The position numbers and the translations under genes were made by a program. This document shows, one piece after another, positions 45,421 through 56,500 of a stretch of 64,000 nucleotides of DNA. Every line of letters starts with the position of its first letter. Within the stretch, counting starts at the first letter, position 1. The notes under the pieces were generated by a model. It was not told the DNA's origin. It ran no database searches and worked only from the letters and a program-made list of their open reading frames with translations. This DNA is from Caecitellus pseudoparvulus (taxonomy: Eukaryota; Protista; Bigyra: Bicosoecida): assembly GCA_965644315.1 (NCBI GenBank), contig CBFFRQ010000032.1, forward strand, positions 620,001 through 684,000, written 5' to 3'.

Positions 45421-46988
45421 TCAGGCCTTGGAAATGACCAACACGCTGTGCACGTAGTCCATGCCGTGGTTGTCGGGGTCTGCCGCGACGACGCCTTCGT
45501 AGGCCTTGTAGAAGGCATCCACGATGGCAGTCTTCTCCTCTTCCGAGCGGCTGTCCGAGAGGCCCGTCTTGAAGACGCCCGACGACCAACTCTTCAGGGT
45601 GCCGATGTAGTCCGCTGCGAACTCCTCAGCGCTGGCGTACTTGCCTGCCAGCCAGTCAGCACGGTAGGGGCAGGGTGTGATGACGCTGGTGCTCTCTTCC
45701 AGGCGCAGGCCCGCCTCCCACGCGCTGCCACCCTCCTTCAGCGGCTCCGCGTACTCCTCTGCTGTGCGGTAGTGCTGGGGGAAGTTCGTGGCGGTGTACT
45801 CAGCCGCCGTGATCTTGCCCTCTGCCGCGAAGCGTGCCCACACCTCGGAGAAGGTGGCGTGCATGGATGCACCAGGCCCACCCGCCGAGGCGGTGTTGCC
45901 CAAGTACCTCCCGCCTTCGTCCGTGCAGAAGTTGACGAAGACGGCCCGTGCGCCAGGGGCCATCTCCACAGCGCGCTGCTGCAGGATGACGGCCCAGTCC
46001 TTGGCAGCCTGGGCAGCGTACTGGCTGGCCTCCTCGGCAGGTGCCATGGCAGAGTGCAGGGCAGACTGGATGTGGGTGGGCGTGCTGCGCAGCCAGTGCA
46101 TGGCGGTGGCTGAGAAGCCGAAGTTCACCGAGCCAGGAGGGGAGCAGGGCGCGTAGAAGGACGTGCCAGAGGCCATGACGTAGATGTTCTTGTGCTCAGT
46201 CAGGTAGGATGGGGGGCCCTCCAGCAAGCCCTGCGTTGCCAAGGGAGGCGGGTGGATGGGAGTTGACGAGAGGAGCGCAGTGATGCAGCGTCCGCAGCAC
46301 ACCCACCTGGGTCATGAGGAACAGTGGCTTGAAGTCGTTCGTGGGCTGGTCTTCGTACAGGATGACTGCGCAGTGCCGCAGCGTGCGGGGGGGGGGGTGC
46401 AGCGCGCGCCTGCCTTGTGACGGCAGACCAGTCCATCACAGCTCACCGATCGGCAGGTCAGGCTTGAGTTCCCGCAGCTTGGCAATGAGGCGCGTCAACA
46501 TGGGCATGCTGGTGCCGCCTGAGGATCAAGAAGGCGCGCCAAGTGCACAGGTTGCATGGAAAAGTGGGAATAATGCAGCCTGGGCGCCCTGGGCACATGC
46601 TGCTGCGTGGTACGTGGCTGTGCCTGCCCAACACACAAGCCTGTTCAGCTGCAGCGTTGGGCGCTCACCATCTGCGGTGCCGTAGTCCACGATGGTGAAG
46701 GCTCCCACGTCGGGCAGCGTCATGGTGGCCACCTGCTCAAGCACTTTGTCCTGTGTTGTGCAAGGGGAGGCCAGGTGCTGGGCTGTTTGGCGCGTGCGTC
46801 ACTTGCAGCTGCCAGCCCGAACCCGGCGTGGTGGGCGGCGGCAGTCCAAGGGGCAAACCACGCACGCCGGCCTTGTTGATGACGTCAAAGCAACCCTTAG
46901 TGTTAGCAGTGTAAACACCAGAGCCCTGCATTTCACGAGAAGCGAGCTTCTCACTCTCGGGGTGACCAGAAGCGGTGGTGGCAGCCAT
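45421..46988 (-). CDS. SABATH / Methyltransf_7-type SAM-dependent carboxyl or N-methyltransferase (4 introns)
   Basis: The spliced product shows MQGSGVYTANT, IVDYGTADGGTS, YEDQPTNDFKPLF, SGTSFYAPCSPPGSVNFGFSATAMHWL, QAAKDWAVILQQRAVEMAPG and FPQHYRT, all SABATH-type motifs. Confidence 0.85.
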
Positions 46989-47178
46989 GGTGTATGGTGT
47001 GTGGGGGGGTCGGAGGCACAGACTACGTGTTCTCAGGGGCACAGACAGAGTGGGGTGAGGTAGGCGGTAGCAGGGGGTGGGACGGTGAAATGTGGCCCCT
47101 CTCGAGCATGCTCTTGCTGGGTAGGCGGGAGTGCTTGCTCCCCCCTCGCTGCTGCCGGGTGGCCGCGGCACCGTAAGC

Positions 47179-48582
47179 TCACGATGCGTAGAATGCCTGC
47201 GCAGCAAAGGCCAGGCGACTCTGAATCCAAGCAGCGCGCTGGGGGTCAACCCACGCATTGCCTTCGCTGCGCAGGCGCTTGGCCTCTGCACTGGTGACGA
47301 GGACGATGTTGTCCAGGGATATGGGCGCATCTTTGTCCCACCGCGCCAGCACCATGCGACTGCCGTACGTGTGCACGAGGGCGCCGGACACCGCGCTCTT
47401 CTGCTTCCACACAGTGCAGACCAGGTACTCCACATCATCCACTGACATGTTGAACAAGGGCGGCTTGCCGTCACCCCCGTCTGGCTTCTCCCCCGCCATG
47501 AACTTGGTCTTGTACGACCGCAGCGCCTTGTTGGAGACGGCAGGGAACTCAGACACCTCCACGTGCTCCCCTGCCAAATCACACAGCGTGACGGTGGCCA
47601 TGGCCTGCCCAAACATGGCAGGCAGCGTGCCCAGCACTGGCATGATGCGCAGGCGCATGCCCTCCATCGTCCCGAACTCCTCAGGCGCGGCAGCCTGCTC
47701 TGCAGACAGCGGCAGCAAGCCCTTCGCAGGGGCGCCGCCCGCGTACACAGTGCGGATGCCAGCAGCAGGGTCCTTGGGACCATGCAGCTCAGAGTCCCGC
47801 AGGCCAGCCCCCTTGCGCAGCACTGTCCGCAGGCGCAGGGCCAGTGGGTCGTGGGCGACATTGTCCAGGTGTGTCAGCCGCAGAGCAGTGGGGTCGCAGC
47901 GCCCCCCGGCTCCCATGGACGCCAGCACGCGCAAACCCGCCGCCTTGCACGCAGAGAGCAGGGCCGCTTTCGTGTCCATGTCGTCGATGCAGTCCAGGAC
48001 GTAGTCCGGCTCCCCTGCCAGGTGTGTGGAGGCGGAGTCAGCGTCAAACTTCTCCGCAACTGCCTCCACTTCCACCCACGGCACAACCGCTGCGAGGACA
48101 CGCTTGAGGGAGGCCACCTTGGGCTTCCCGACGTCTTCCCGAGTGGCCACCGCGTGGCGGTTCAGGGAAGAAGACGTGACGATGTCGAAGTCCACGAGGC
48201 GCAGCTTGCGCACGCCAGAGCGGGCCAGCATGTGCGCAGCGTGCGACCCGACGCCGCCCAGGCCGACCACCACCACGAATGCAGACTCCACAGCATCCTG
48301 CCCGGCATCGCCAAAGAACTGGCGGTTCCGAGACAGCTGCTCCTGCTTCAGTGCCGCGTCTGCTGCGCCCCGTGCCAAGGCAGTGCTGCGGGAAGCAGCC
48401 GCCGCCCATCGGGCAGTGCCAGACGCCGCACTGCTTCCCGCCAGGCGTCTCCAGTACATGGAAGCTGCAGCTGCCCCTGCTGCGAGGCCAACGAGAGCTC
48501 CTCCTGCAATACCCAGCACGGCCGGGTTTGTCAAGGCGCTCGGCAGCCATGGCGAGCTGGTGGGATTCTTGTCTGCTGCCAT
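47179..48582 (-). CDS. TCD1: tRNA threonylcarbamoyladenosine dehydratase (TcdA/Tcd1-2, ThiF family) with an N-terminal membrane anchor
   Basis: EQLSRNRQFFG, VVVGLGGVGSHAAHMLARSGV, VDFDIVTSSSLNRHA, DYVLDCIDD, SMGAGG and RIMPVLGTLPAMFG. Confidence 0.92.
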   Translation of the reverse strand: MAADKNPTSSPWLPSALTNPAVLGIAGGALVGLAAGAAAASMYWRRLAGSSAASGTARWAAAASRSTALARGAADAALKQEQLSRNRQFFGDAGQDAVESAFVVVVGLGGVGSHAAHMLARSGVRKLRLVDFDIVTSSSLNRHAVATREDVGKPKVASLKRVLAAVVPWVEVEAVAEKFDADSASTHLAGEPDYVLDCIDDMDTKAALLSACKAAGLRVLASMGAGGRCDPTALRLTHLDNVAHDPLALRLRTVLRKGAGLRDSELHGPKDPAAGIRTVYAGGAPAKGLLPLSAEQAAAPEEFGTMEGMRLRIMPVLGTLPAMFGQAMATVTLCDLAGEHVEVSEFPAVSNKALRSYKTKFMAGEKPDGGDGKPPLFNMSVDDVEYLVCTVWKQKSAVSGALVHTYGSRMVLARWDKDAPISLDNIVLVTSAEAKRLRSEGNAWVDPQRAAWIQSRLAFAAQAFYAS

Positions 48583-48750
48583 GGTGGCGGAAATTGATCA
48601 CAGCCAGCACAAAAGGGCGTACCAGAGCGCTGTGGCGTCTGTGCCCAGCAAGAAGAAGGTTGTGAATATGTTGAGCTGTTGGGTTGTGTGCATATGTAGC
48701 CGTTGGTCGGTCCAAGGGGTGGTAGGGGCTGCTGTAGTGTGCATGCTGCC

Positions 48751-50382
48751 TCACTCGATCATGTCCATGCCGTCCATGGTGGTGAAGAATTGGTACACTC
48801 GCCTGGACAGCGTAGTCTGTTTGCGTTTGGGCTCTAAAATATCCTGCGCACAGGGGGGCAAGGCAGGCGGTGTGGGTGGACCTGCGGGACCTGCGCCCGC
48901 GGGCGCGACACAGGCGTTCGCGCACCTCAAGCAGCAGCGGTCCCTGCTTCCGACCAGCAGCATCGTACGCCTCCATCAGCCGGCTATACGACGGGTACAC
49001 CTTGACGACTGCCACAGCTCTGCGCGCAGAGGGGGGTGGGGTGGTCCGTGCACGGGCAGCTCCGCAGCGCACCACTTGCCGCGCACTCACTTGGACGCTG
49101 ACACGCCCGGGATCATTTGAAGCTGGGCGCACCACGTATCCAGGAGTGTGGTGACTCCGCCAGAGCCCCCAGATCCGACCGAAGCCGAGTCCCCGCCTGC
49201 CCCGCCGTTGGCCGAAGCCTGCAGCGCCTTGGACACCCTCACCTTGGGCACACACGCCAGGAGCGAGCGCTTGGCCCTGTGGGGCGCCTCAGCCACTGCC
49301 CGAGTGAGAGCTGACAGCACTGTCGCAGTCTCCGCGGCAGCGGATGTGTGGCGCACCTCCAAGCCGTGCAGCACAAACGCCTCCGCCACTGCCGCATCCA
49401 TGCTAGCCCGTGTGAGGGGAGCCTCCGCCCCAGTCGTTTGGGCCTTGCGTTGGTGAGCAGACACGACAGCGTTCGCGCCCTGTACCAGCAGCAAGAACCG
49501 GCTGGGTGGCGGGAAGGCGCTGGACACTTCGGTCGCCAGAGCGCACAGGGCTTCCACGCCGCGCTTGGCTAGCTTCACGAACTCAGCCCCCAGCATAACT
49601 CGTGCCGCAAAAGGCTCCAAGTCCACACCCTCACGCCTCAGGAACCGCCCATCTGGCTGCTTCTCTCGCCGGTGCCAAGTGATGCAGCCAGCGGGGGCTG
49701 CAGCGTCGGGCGGCATGACGACGTACCCGTCCCCCTCCAAGCAACGCTTGATGTTGGAGCCAGTGCTGGAGGAAGCAAGGGGTGCTGGCAGCGTCACTGC
49801 TATTTCCTCACGGGCAAAGGCGCCACGCTGCTGCCGCTGCCAGTGCACCTCGTGGCTGCGTTTTACTTTCTTGGTCGCCTTGTCGCTGGCTGTGGCCAGG
49901 TCTGCCGGCGGCGCGGCACTGCTCAAAGGCCGGCGGCGCTTGTGACCACCATGCATCGGCGGCCGGGGTGGTTGCTTGGTGCTCGCCCCCTGGACCTGGG
50001 CCACGGCAGCCTCCAATGCAGCCATGCCTGCCGCCTGTCCTGGCTCTGCGCCTGCTTTGGGGGGGGAGCTTTGAGCTTGAGAGAAGGGGTTCGGGGCGAG
50101 AAGATCATCCATGTACTGTTCATCGCCGGAGGAAGCAGATGGCTCCTCGGCCAGCTCCACGAGCTGGCTCAGCGCCGAGCGCGGTGCGCCGGGTGCCTTC
50201 ACCCCTCGCGCAGCCAGGAGGTCTGCAAGGGGCAACATGTCATCTTCGTCACTGCCACTGCCCCCAGCTGCACTGCCACCTGAAGCACGTGAATGCTGAG
50301 AAGAAACCCCACTGGATTCCAGCGCAAAGACTCTGCTACCTGTGGTGAAAGAGCTTGCAATGTGTCTCCTTGCGTTTCGCAC
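48751..50382 (-). CDS. EME1: Crossover junction endonuclease non-catalytic subunit EME1/Mms4 (2 introns at the 3' end; start uncertain)
   Basis: ERCC4-like domain (EEIAVTL…CITWHRR…LLLVQG…LTRAVAEAPHR) followed by HhH (TWCAQLQMIPGVSASK/AVAVVKVYPS…LLE/DIL…LSRRVYQFFT). Confidence 0.8.
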
Positions 50383-50549
50383 CGAAACTCTGTCTGCAAA
50401 TGCCTACCTTCGTTTGCCATGCTCCAAACCTGTTGAGTGTACGAGAGCGGTGCTTGGGCCAACTCTTTTGGTTGACTGAGCCTACAGGAATCGGCATGAC
50501 CCTGCCCTTTGTCGTAGGTGCATTGCTTTTGAGTGTGCGGCAGCAGCGC

Positions 50550-53500
50550 TTATGCGCTTGCGTCGGCGACCATGGCTGCGAACTCCTCCCGTGCGGCCTC
50601 CACCGCGCTGGGCAAGCCGTCCCCCAGACACCTCCACCGGAGGACTTCGTGCACATACCGCACAGTGGCACGCACGAAACCTTGGTCCCCCACAATGCTG
50701 CAGAGCAGCTGGGTGGCTGCCTGCCACTCCATGGCCAGCGCGACTTCGGCGTGGGTGACGGCGCCCGGTGCCCCGCCGCGAGAGGCTGAGAAGCCACCCC
50801 CGCCGCTGCCCTGAAAGGCTGGCAAGGACGCCGTTGACAGGGCTGCTGGCGAGCACTTGCTCAGGTGGTACACGTCTTGAGCGTTCATGGCACTGCCCCG
50901 ACTGCTGGTGAAGCCGGTGCGGCGGCTGAGCGTGGAGCCCGCCCCCCGCGCGCTGCCGCCCCCAGACAGCATGCTGGAGGCGCCGACACTGGGGGAGCGC
51001 GCTGCAGCGCCCCCTGCAGCCCTGGACGTGGCGTGGCCCGGGCTGCTCCAGTCAGCGTCATCGGGCGTCAGGGCGGCCAGGGCATCCAGGGACAGGCCAG
51101 CGTCCCCCACCACCACAGCCACGGCCCGCCCCAGGGCGAGAGCAGCGGAAGGGCTCAGGCTGTGGTGCGCTGCATGGGCGTCCAGGGCAGTGGCAAGCAA
51201 GGACAGCGTTGTGCCGGCCAGGTGGCGCAACGTGAGGCCTGAGAGCTCCTGTTCGTCGCTGGCAGACCCCCCTCGCCTGGCACCGCTGGCGAGGCGGGCA
51301 GTGGGGGGCGGCGGGGCAGCAGCACCTCCACCTGCACCTCCCTCCTCGTCGCCCTCCTCCAGCTCTTCCACGCTGCCTGCGAAGGACAGCCGCATGTCCC
51401 GGCGTCGGGAGTGGGAGGGCTGGGAGGCCGTGTCGCGGCGCTCCACAGCCAAGCCCGCCACGCCGGCACCTTTCGCCATGAGCAGGCGCATGACGCTGAG
51501 CAAGTGGCCGATGCCAGGCGGCAGGGCTAGCCACTCTCCACCCGACACGGTGTCATCTGCACCCGAAGCGTCGGTGAACAGCACGCGAGTGTTGTAGCCA
51601 AAGGCAGCACTGGCGCTGGGCAGGCGGGCTGGCAGGCCGACCGCGACGCCGGCAACCCTGACCAGCGCGGCGCGGGCGGCGGCATGCTCCGGCGTATTGC
51701 GAGGTGACCCGCTGCCCCCTGTGGAGCCGAGGAGCCCCCCCCACTCCGCCTTGAAATGCTGCCACGTGCGCTGGGAGAAGCCACTGCTGTCCAAGCCTGG
51801 CTCCGGCCCCCACTCTGCCTCCCGCACCTCCCCCGTGCCGTCCGTCCCGATGCCAGATGCATCAGTGACCAGGCGGGCCAAGGGCCCAAGGGGGTGCTCG
51901 GACCCAGCCGCTGCCAGGGCAGCGAGCCGGCGCAGTAGCATAAGGTATGCCTTCTGCACCATGAGCTGGAACGGCCGCACCTGCTGAGAGGGGGTGCTGG
52001 AGCCAGATGGCGCCTTGGAGGGTGCCTCGGGAGCCGCTTCACCTGGCAGCAGGGATGCCTCAGTGGGGGCGCCACCGCCGCTGGTTCCCCGCTCGCTCTG
52101 CAATGTTTGCACCCGCTGCACGAGCGCAGTCACATGCAGAGGTGGAGCGGTGGCAGGGCTCTCCAGGGAGCGCTGGGAGAGCCCCCCTCCCTCCCCGAGC
52201 AAGACATCATCCGCCTCGCTGGCATCACGGGAGAGCCCGGGGTCGTCCGAGGGCGGCGGCAGGGGGACAAACGCGCCCGAGACGTCTCCTTCTGTGACGC
52301 TCACGCCGCCCATGGCTCGGATGGAGCTCTCGGCGCCATTGTCCACGCTGAGCGTGCGGTCCAGATCTTGCGCCACCTGCACAGCATCTGCTTGGGACTG
52401 CACGTCTAGCCGCGTGGCTGCCAACACCACTTCGTCTGCGGCCACCGGCACGAGTTGCATGCCGGTGTGGCGCTGCAAGTGCTGCCGCCGCAACAGGCCG
52501 TCCTCCAAACTGCCCTTCCACACGTCCTCACCCTCCCCACCATCCACGGAAGCACCGTCTTGAGCGAATCTGACTCTGCGGGGCGCGTCAGCACCACCCT
52601 CCTCTGGCGCTGACGCGACTGAGTTGTAGTACTGCATGCTTTGGCGGCAGGACAAGAGCAGCGCCCGCGCGAGGGGCATGGCCGAGCCGCGAGGCACAGG
52701 TCCACCAGCAAGCACACTGCGCTGGGAGCGTGTCAGCCCAGGCACCTGTCGCAGCACGCCAGACTGAGGCGCGTAGGGGGCCGCTGATCCCAGCAGCAGG
52801 GCAAAGTCACGCACACCCGCCTCTGCCATGCTCATGACGCGAGCAATGGGATACACGTGCTGCCCCAGCAGGCGCCCACGGGCATCCACGGCCCCTGCAG
52901 GCAGGGGCATGGCTGCCCAGTCAGGGAAGGGCGTGCTTCCGGCGGGCACCTTGGACCCTGCACGTGTCAACAGCGCTGCCGCCCTGTGCTGGCACGCCCG
53001 GACCCACGGAACCACCGCCTCTGGCTGCAGCATGGCCAGGAACAGGTCTGCCACGGCACATGCCTCAGTGATGGACTGCAGCGTGTGCACTCGGGTGGAC
53101 AGTGCTGACGTCAGAGCAGCACGGTGGGTACCGATGAACTCGCAAGCTGCTGCACCCACCAGCTCCGCCACCACGGCCATGCTAGGTGGGAGGGCGCCTA
53201 TGAGTGGCTGCGCCCGCCCGCCCGCACCACGACCCACGCCCACGCCCGTCCACTCTGCCACACTGGAGCTGCCCATGCTCGTGCGCAGCTGTGGCACCTC
53301 TGCCAAGCTGGCCAGCGTGCTGGGTCCCGCAGCTAAGTCTGCGGCAGCGTTGGAGGATGTGCGAGCCATGGGGTGCAGGGGCACGTCCGATGGGGGCGCG
53401 GCAGGGTCGACGCCCTCTTGCCCTGTCCCGGCACCAGCTCCCCCGCCGTCTTGCGGCCCAATGCCCACAGATGCTCGGCGAGAGAGGCTCCTGGACAGGG

Positions 53501-56500
53501 GCGGCGAGGCGGGACCAGCATCCAAGAGGCTGGTGGTGCGGGATGCAGCCTCCAGGGCCAGCACCTCCTCCCGCTTGGCGGCGCAGACGGCGTGCACGGC
53601 TGTGGCGACAGCCCTCAGGCACCGCACCCACAGGTCGTGGGCGTGGCTGCGCTGGTTCAAGTCATCATACCCCCGGTGCAACGCTGGGCCCAAGCCGAAG
53701 CCTGCCCCTGCCCACTGGCTGTCCAGCATTTGCGCCACGTCGCAGGTGGCGGCGAAGGGGCGCCCTGGGTCAGACACCCTGCGGGAGATGCCCAGAGCCC
53801 CACCTGCTTCCCGCCGCTGCATGGTTTTCTCCATATGCGCCCACAGCGGGCAGTCCAGCAGTGCCGCCAGGACGCCCCCCTGCAACATGGCCGTCACACA
53901 AGAGGCATAGGTGGCCATCTGCCCCAAGAAGCGCAGGCTCACGTCCATGCGCTGCAAGCCACCCTCCAGTGGCCGGTGCAGTGCACCCAGCAGGCGCGTG
54001 GGGCAAGGGACCCCATGGCGCACCGAGCCACCCGTGCCAAGCCCGATGGGCGACGCAGGCGGGTGCTGCGCGTCCCACCAGGCGGCGTGCCACTGGAAGA
54101 CCCGAGTCACCTGCTGTGCGGCAGTGGTGAAGCCACGTGCCAGTGCCCGCAGCACGCCCCGCCCCACGAGCATGTTCAAAAAGTCCCGTGGCGGCAGAAT
54201 CTGGCAAGAAATGTCCAGGAGAGAGGTGGAGGCAAGGAAGGCCTGCGTCTCAGCTTCCAGGGCTGCCTGGGTGAGCAGCGTGGAGCCGGCAACGGGAACC
54301 CACTCTCCGCGCTGCAGCACCATGGGCAGCGGGGCCTGCTGCAGGGCGGGGCACTGCACGACGTGCTGCGCCGCCACGCGCAGTGCCCGCAGGGCAGACG
54401 TGTGCAGCCCTCGCATGCTGAGCCCGGCAGCGCCAGCACTGAGAGCCTCGCCCGCCAGGCCCGAGCTGGGCCGCACACCAGGCGGCGGGGCCATGCTCGG
54501 CACACTGTTGGAAGCTTGTGCGGCCTGGGCCTTCCACAGGCACTGTGCGTGGCGCAGCAGGTGCACGCAGGTGGTCAGCAGGGACGTGTGCGTGGCCACC
54601 AGCACACTGCGCTGGGCAACACCCAGTCCATTCACCCAGCGCACCAACGCTGCTGTGTGCATGGCACTGTGCTGTTTGGACCGTGTGGCGGGAGGGTGTG
54701 GCACCGCCCCGGGTGGAATGAGAGGCGTGAGGGTCGCCACCGCAGCCAATGCCGGCTGCAGGGCGCGCATGGTGAGGCTGGCCGGCACGAGAGCCGTCGG
54801 CGGGGGGTCGTCCCCCTCCCGGCCATGCAGCTGGTGCACGATGCACGCCAGGGCAGTGCGCGCCCAGTGCAGCGCCGTGCGGGAGGACACTGTGCCCCAG
54901 GCACGCGTGCCTGCCAGGCGCTCCAGCAAGCACACCGCCGTGTGGAAAGGTGCGGGGCTCGCAGGGCTGTACAATGGCACCCGGTTGACAGCTGCCTGCA
55001 GCAGCCCCCGCCAGCCACACAGCAGCAAAATGTGCGCGTCAGCCACAGAAGCGGCGCAGCCAGCGGCAGCAGCTGCCCACAGCACACTGCCCACACGGCG
55101 ACTGTCCGCCAGGACGGTTGAGTCGGCCACTGCGGCATGCCGTGTGGCTGCCTGCACGCCGTGGCGCGCGACCAGCGCCGCGCCTTCTGGGGACAGGCCC
55201 ACCGCCACGTGGCGCGACATGTGGTGCAGAAGGCAGCTGACCTTCGCCTCCCGCCACACACCAGCCAGGCCCGTGACTCGAGCTAGGGCCGACAGGTTAA
55301 ACAGGAACTCCTCCCCGTACATGCTGGTGCCATCCGCCTCTGCCTGGTCCACGCTGTACAGAGCCTGGGCCAGCTGAGGTGCGACGTCTTCCAGGGCGTC
55401 CGCGTTACCTTCCCCTGCCGCGACGCGAGCAGTGGCCAGGGCGGCCTTGAGGGATAGGCTGCCGCCCTGTAGCGGCTGCGCGAAGAACTGCAGCACGACG
55501 CCAGCCTGGGATGCGGCCAGATGGGCTTCCTGCGCGGTGCGCGCCGCCGTCTCCAGGGACACGGAGAGGGCCTCCCGGAGCCAGGCAGCCAATGGCGGCG
55601 TGCCTCCAGGCAACGTCGCCGTCTGCGTGAAGGCGCCTAGGCTGGGCGTGCCGGGCTGCGCCAGGCCTTCCCCAGCCTCAGCCAAGGCTGCATCGAGCTG
55701 CTGGGCGCCGGCACCGCCACTGGCGCCGAACCACCTGCTGAGTGTGTGAGAGAGGTGTCGCGGCAGCGTCGCATGCTCTGCGCCAGCCAGCACCTCTGCT
55801 GTAATGATGCGGAAAGCCGCAGCTTTGGCTGCCAAGGCGTGGGCGTACCGTGCCGACTCTGAGGGCAGCCAGCAGGGCTCCCCTTGCCCTGCAAGGCGCT
55901 CCTCTGGGATGCTGTGCGCGGGGATGACGGGCGGGAGCAGCGGCGTGCTACTGAGGATGTCTGTGATGCCTTCCCAGAACGGCGCCGTGCGACGCAGCAC
56001 TCCGACACAAGCGCGGGCACAAGCGTCCCCACCACGCGCTGCCTCCCACAGCGCCTCCACCGTCAGCAGCGCACTCGCGAGCAGGCGCGGCGCGGACTTG
56101 AGCAGGGCCTCGCTGCCTGTGACAGTGGCGATGAGTTCCAAGAGCAGGGACGGACGGGGCAGGTCACGCGCTGCCACGGTGCGGTCATCAACCTTGTCAG
56201 GGTCCAGCAGCATCTTCGCGGCTAGGCGGGGGTGGCACTGCAGGCACACCCGCAAGAACTCCAGCACGTCTGGGCGGGCTGCCCGAGCGACGGTCGTGAC
56301 GCGCCAGGGGGCTGAAGCGCCGCCAGGGGGCGCCTCAGCTGGACCCAGGAGAGCCTGTGCCAAGGCCGGCACATCGCGTAGGAGCATGGTGAGCAAGTCG
56401 TGTTTGAGGGGGCCAAGGTGGCTGCCGCCCTCGCCCACGGCCCCGCCCTCCCAAGGAGACGCGATGGAGGTGGCAGGGGGCAAAATGCCTCCGGGCAGCC

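Noticed and set aside
362-48582. Two ThiF/E1-family genes (UBA1, TCD1) as a ubiquitin-like conjugation system
   Set aside because: They are 44 kb apart, both are ordinary housekeeping genes, and no E2, Ubl or JAB partner is nearby.
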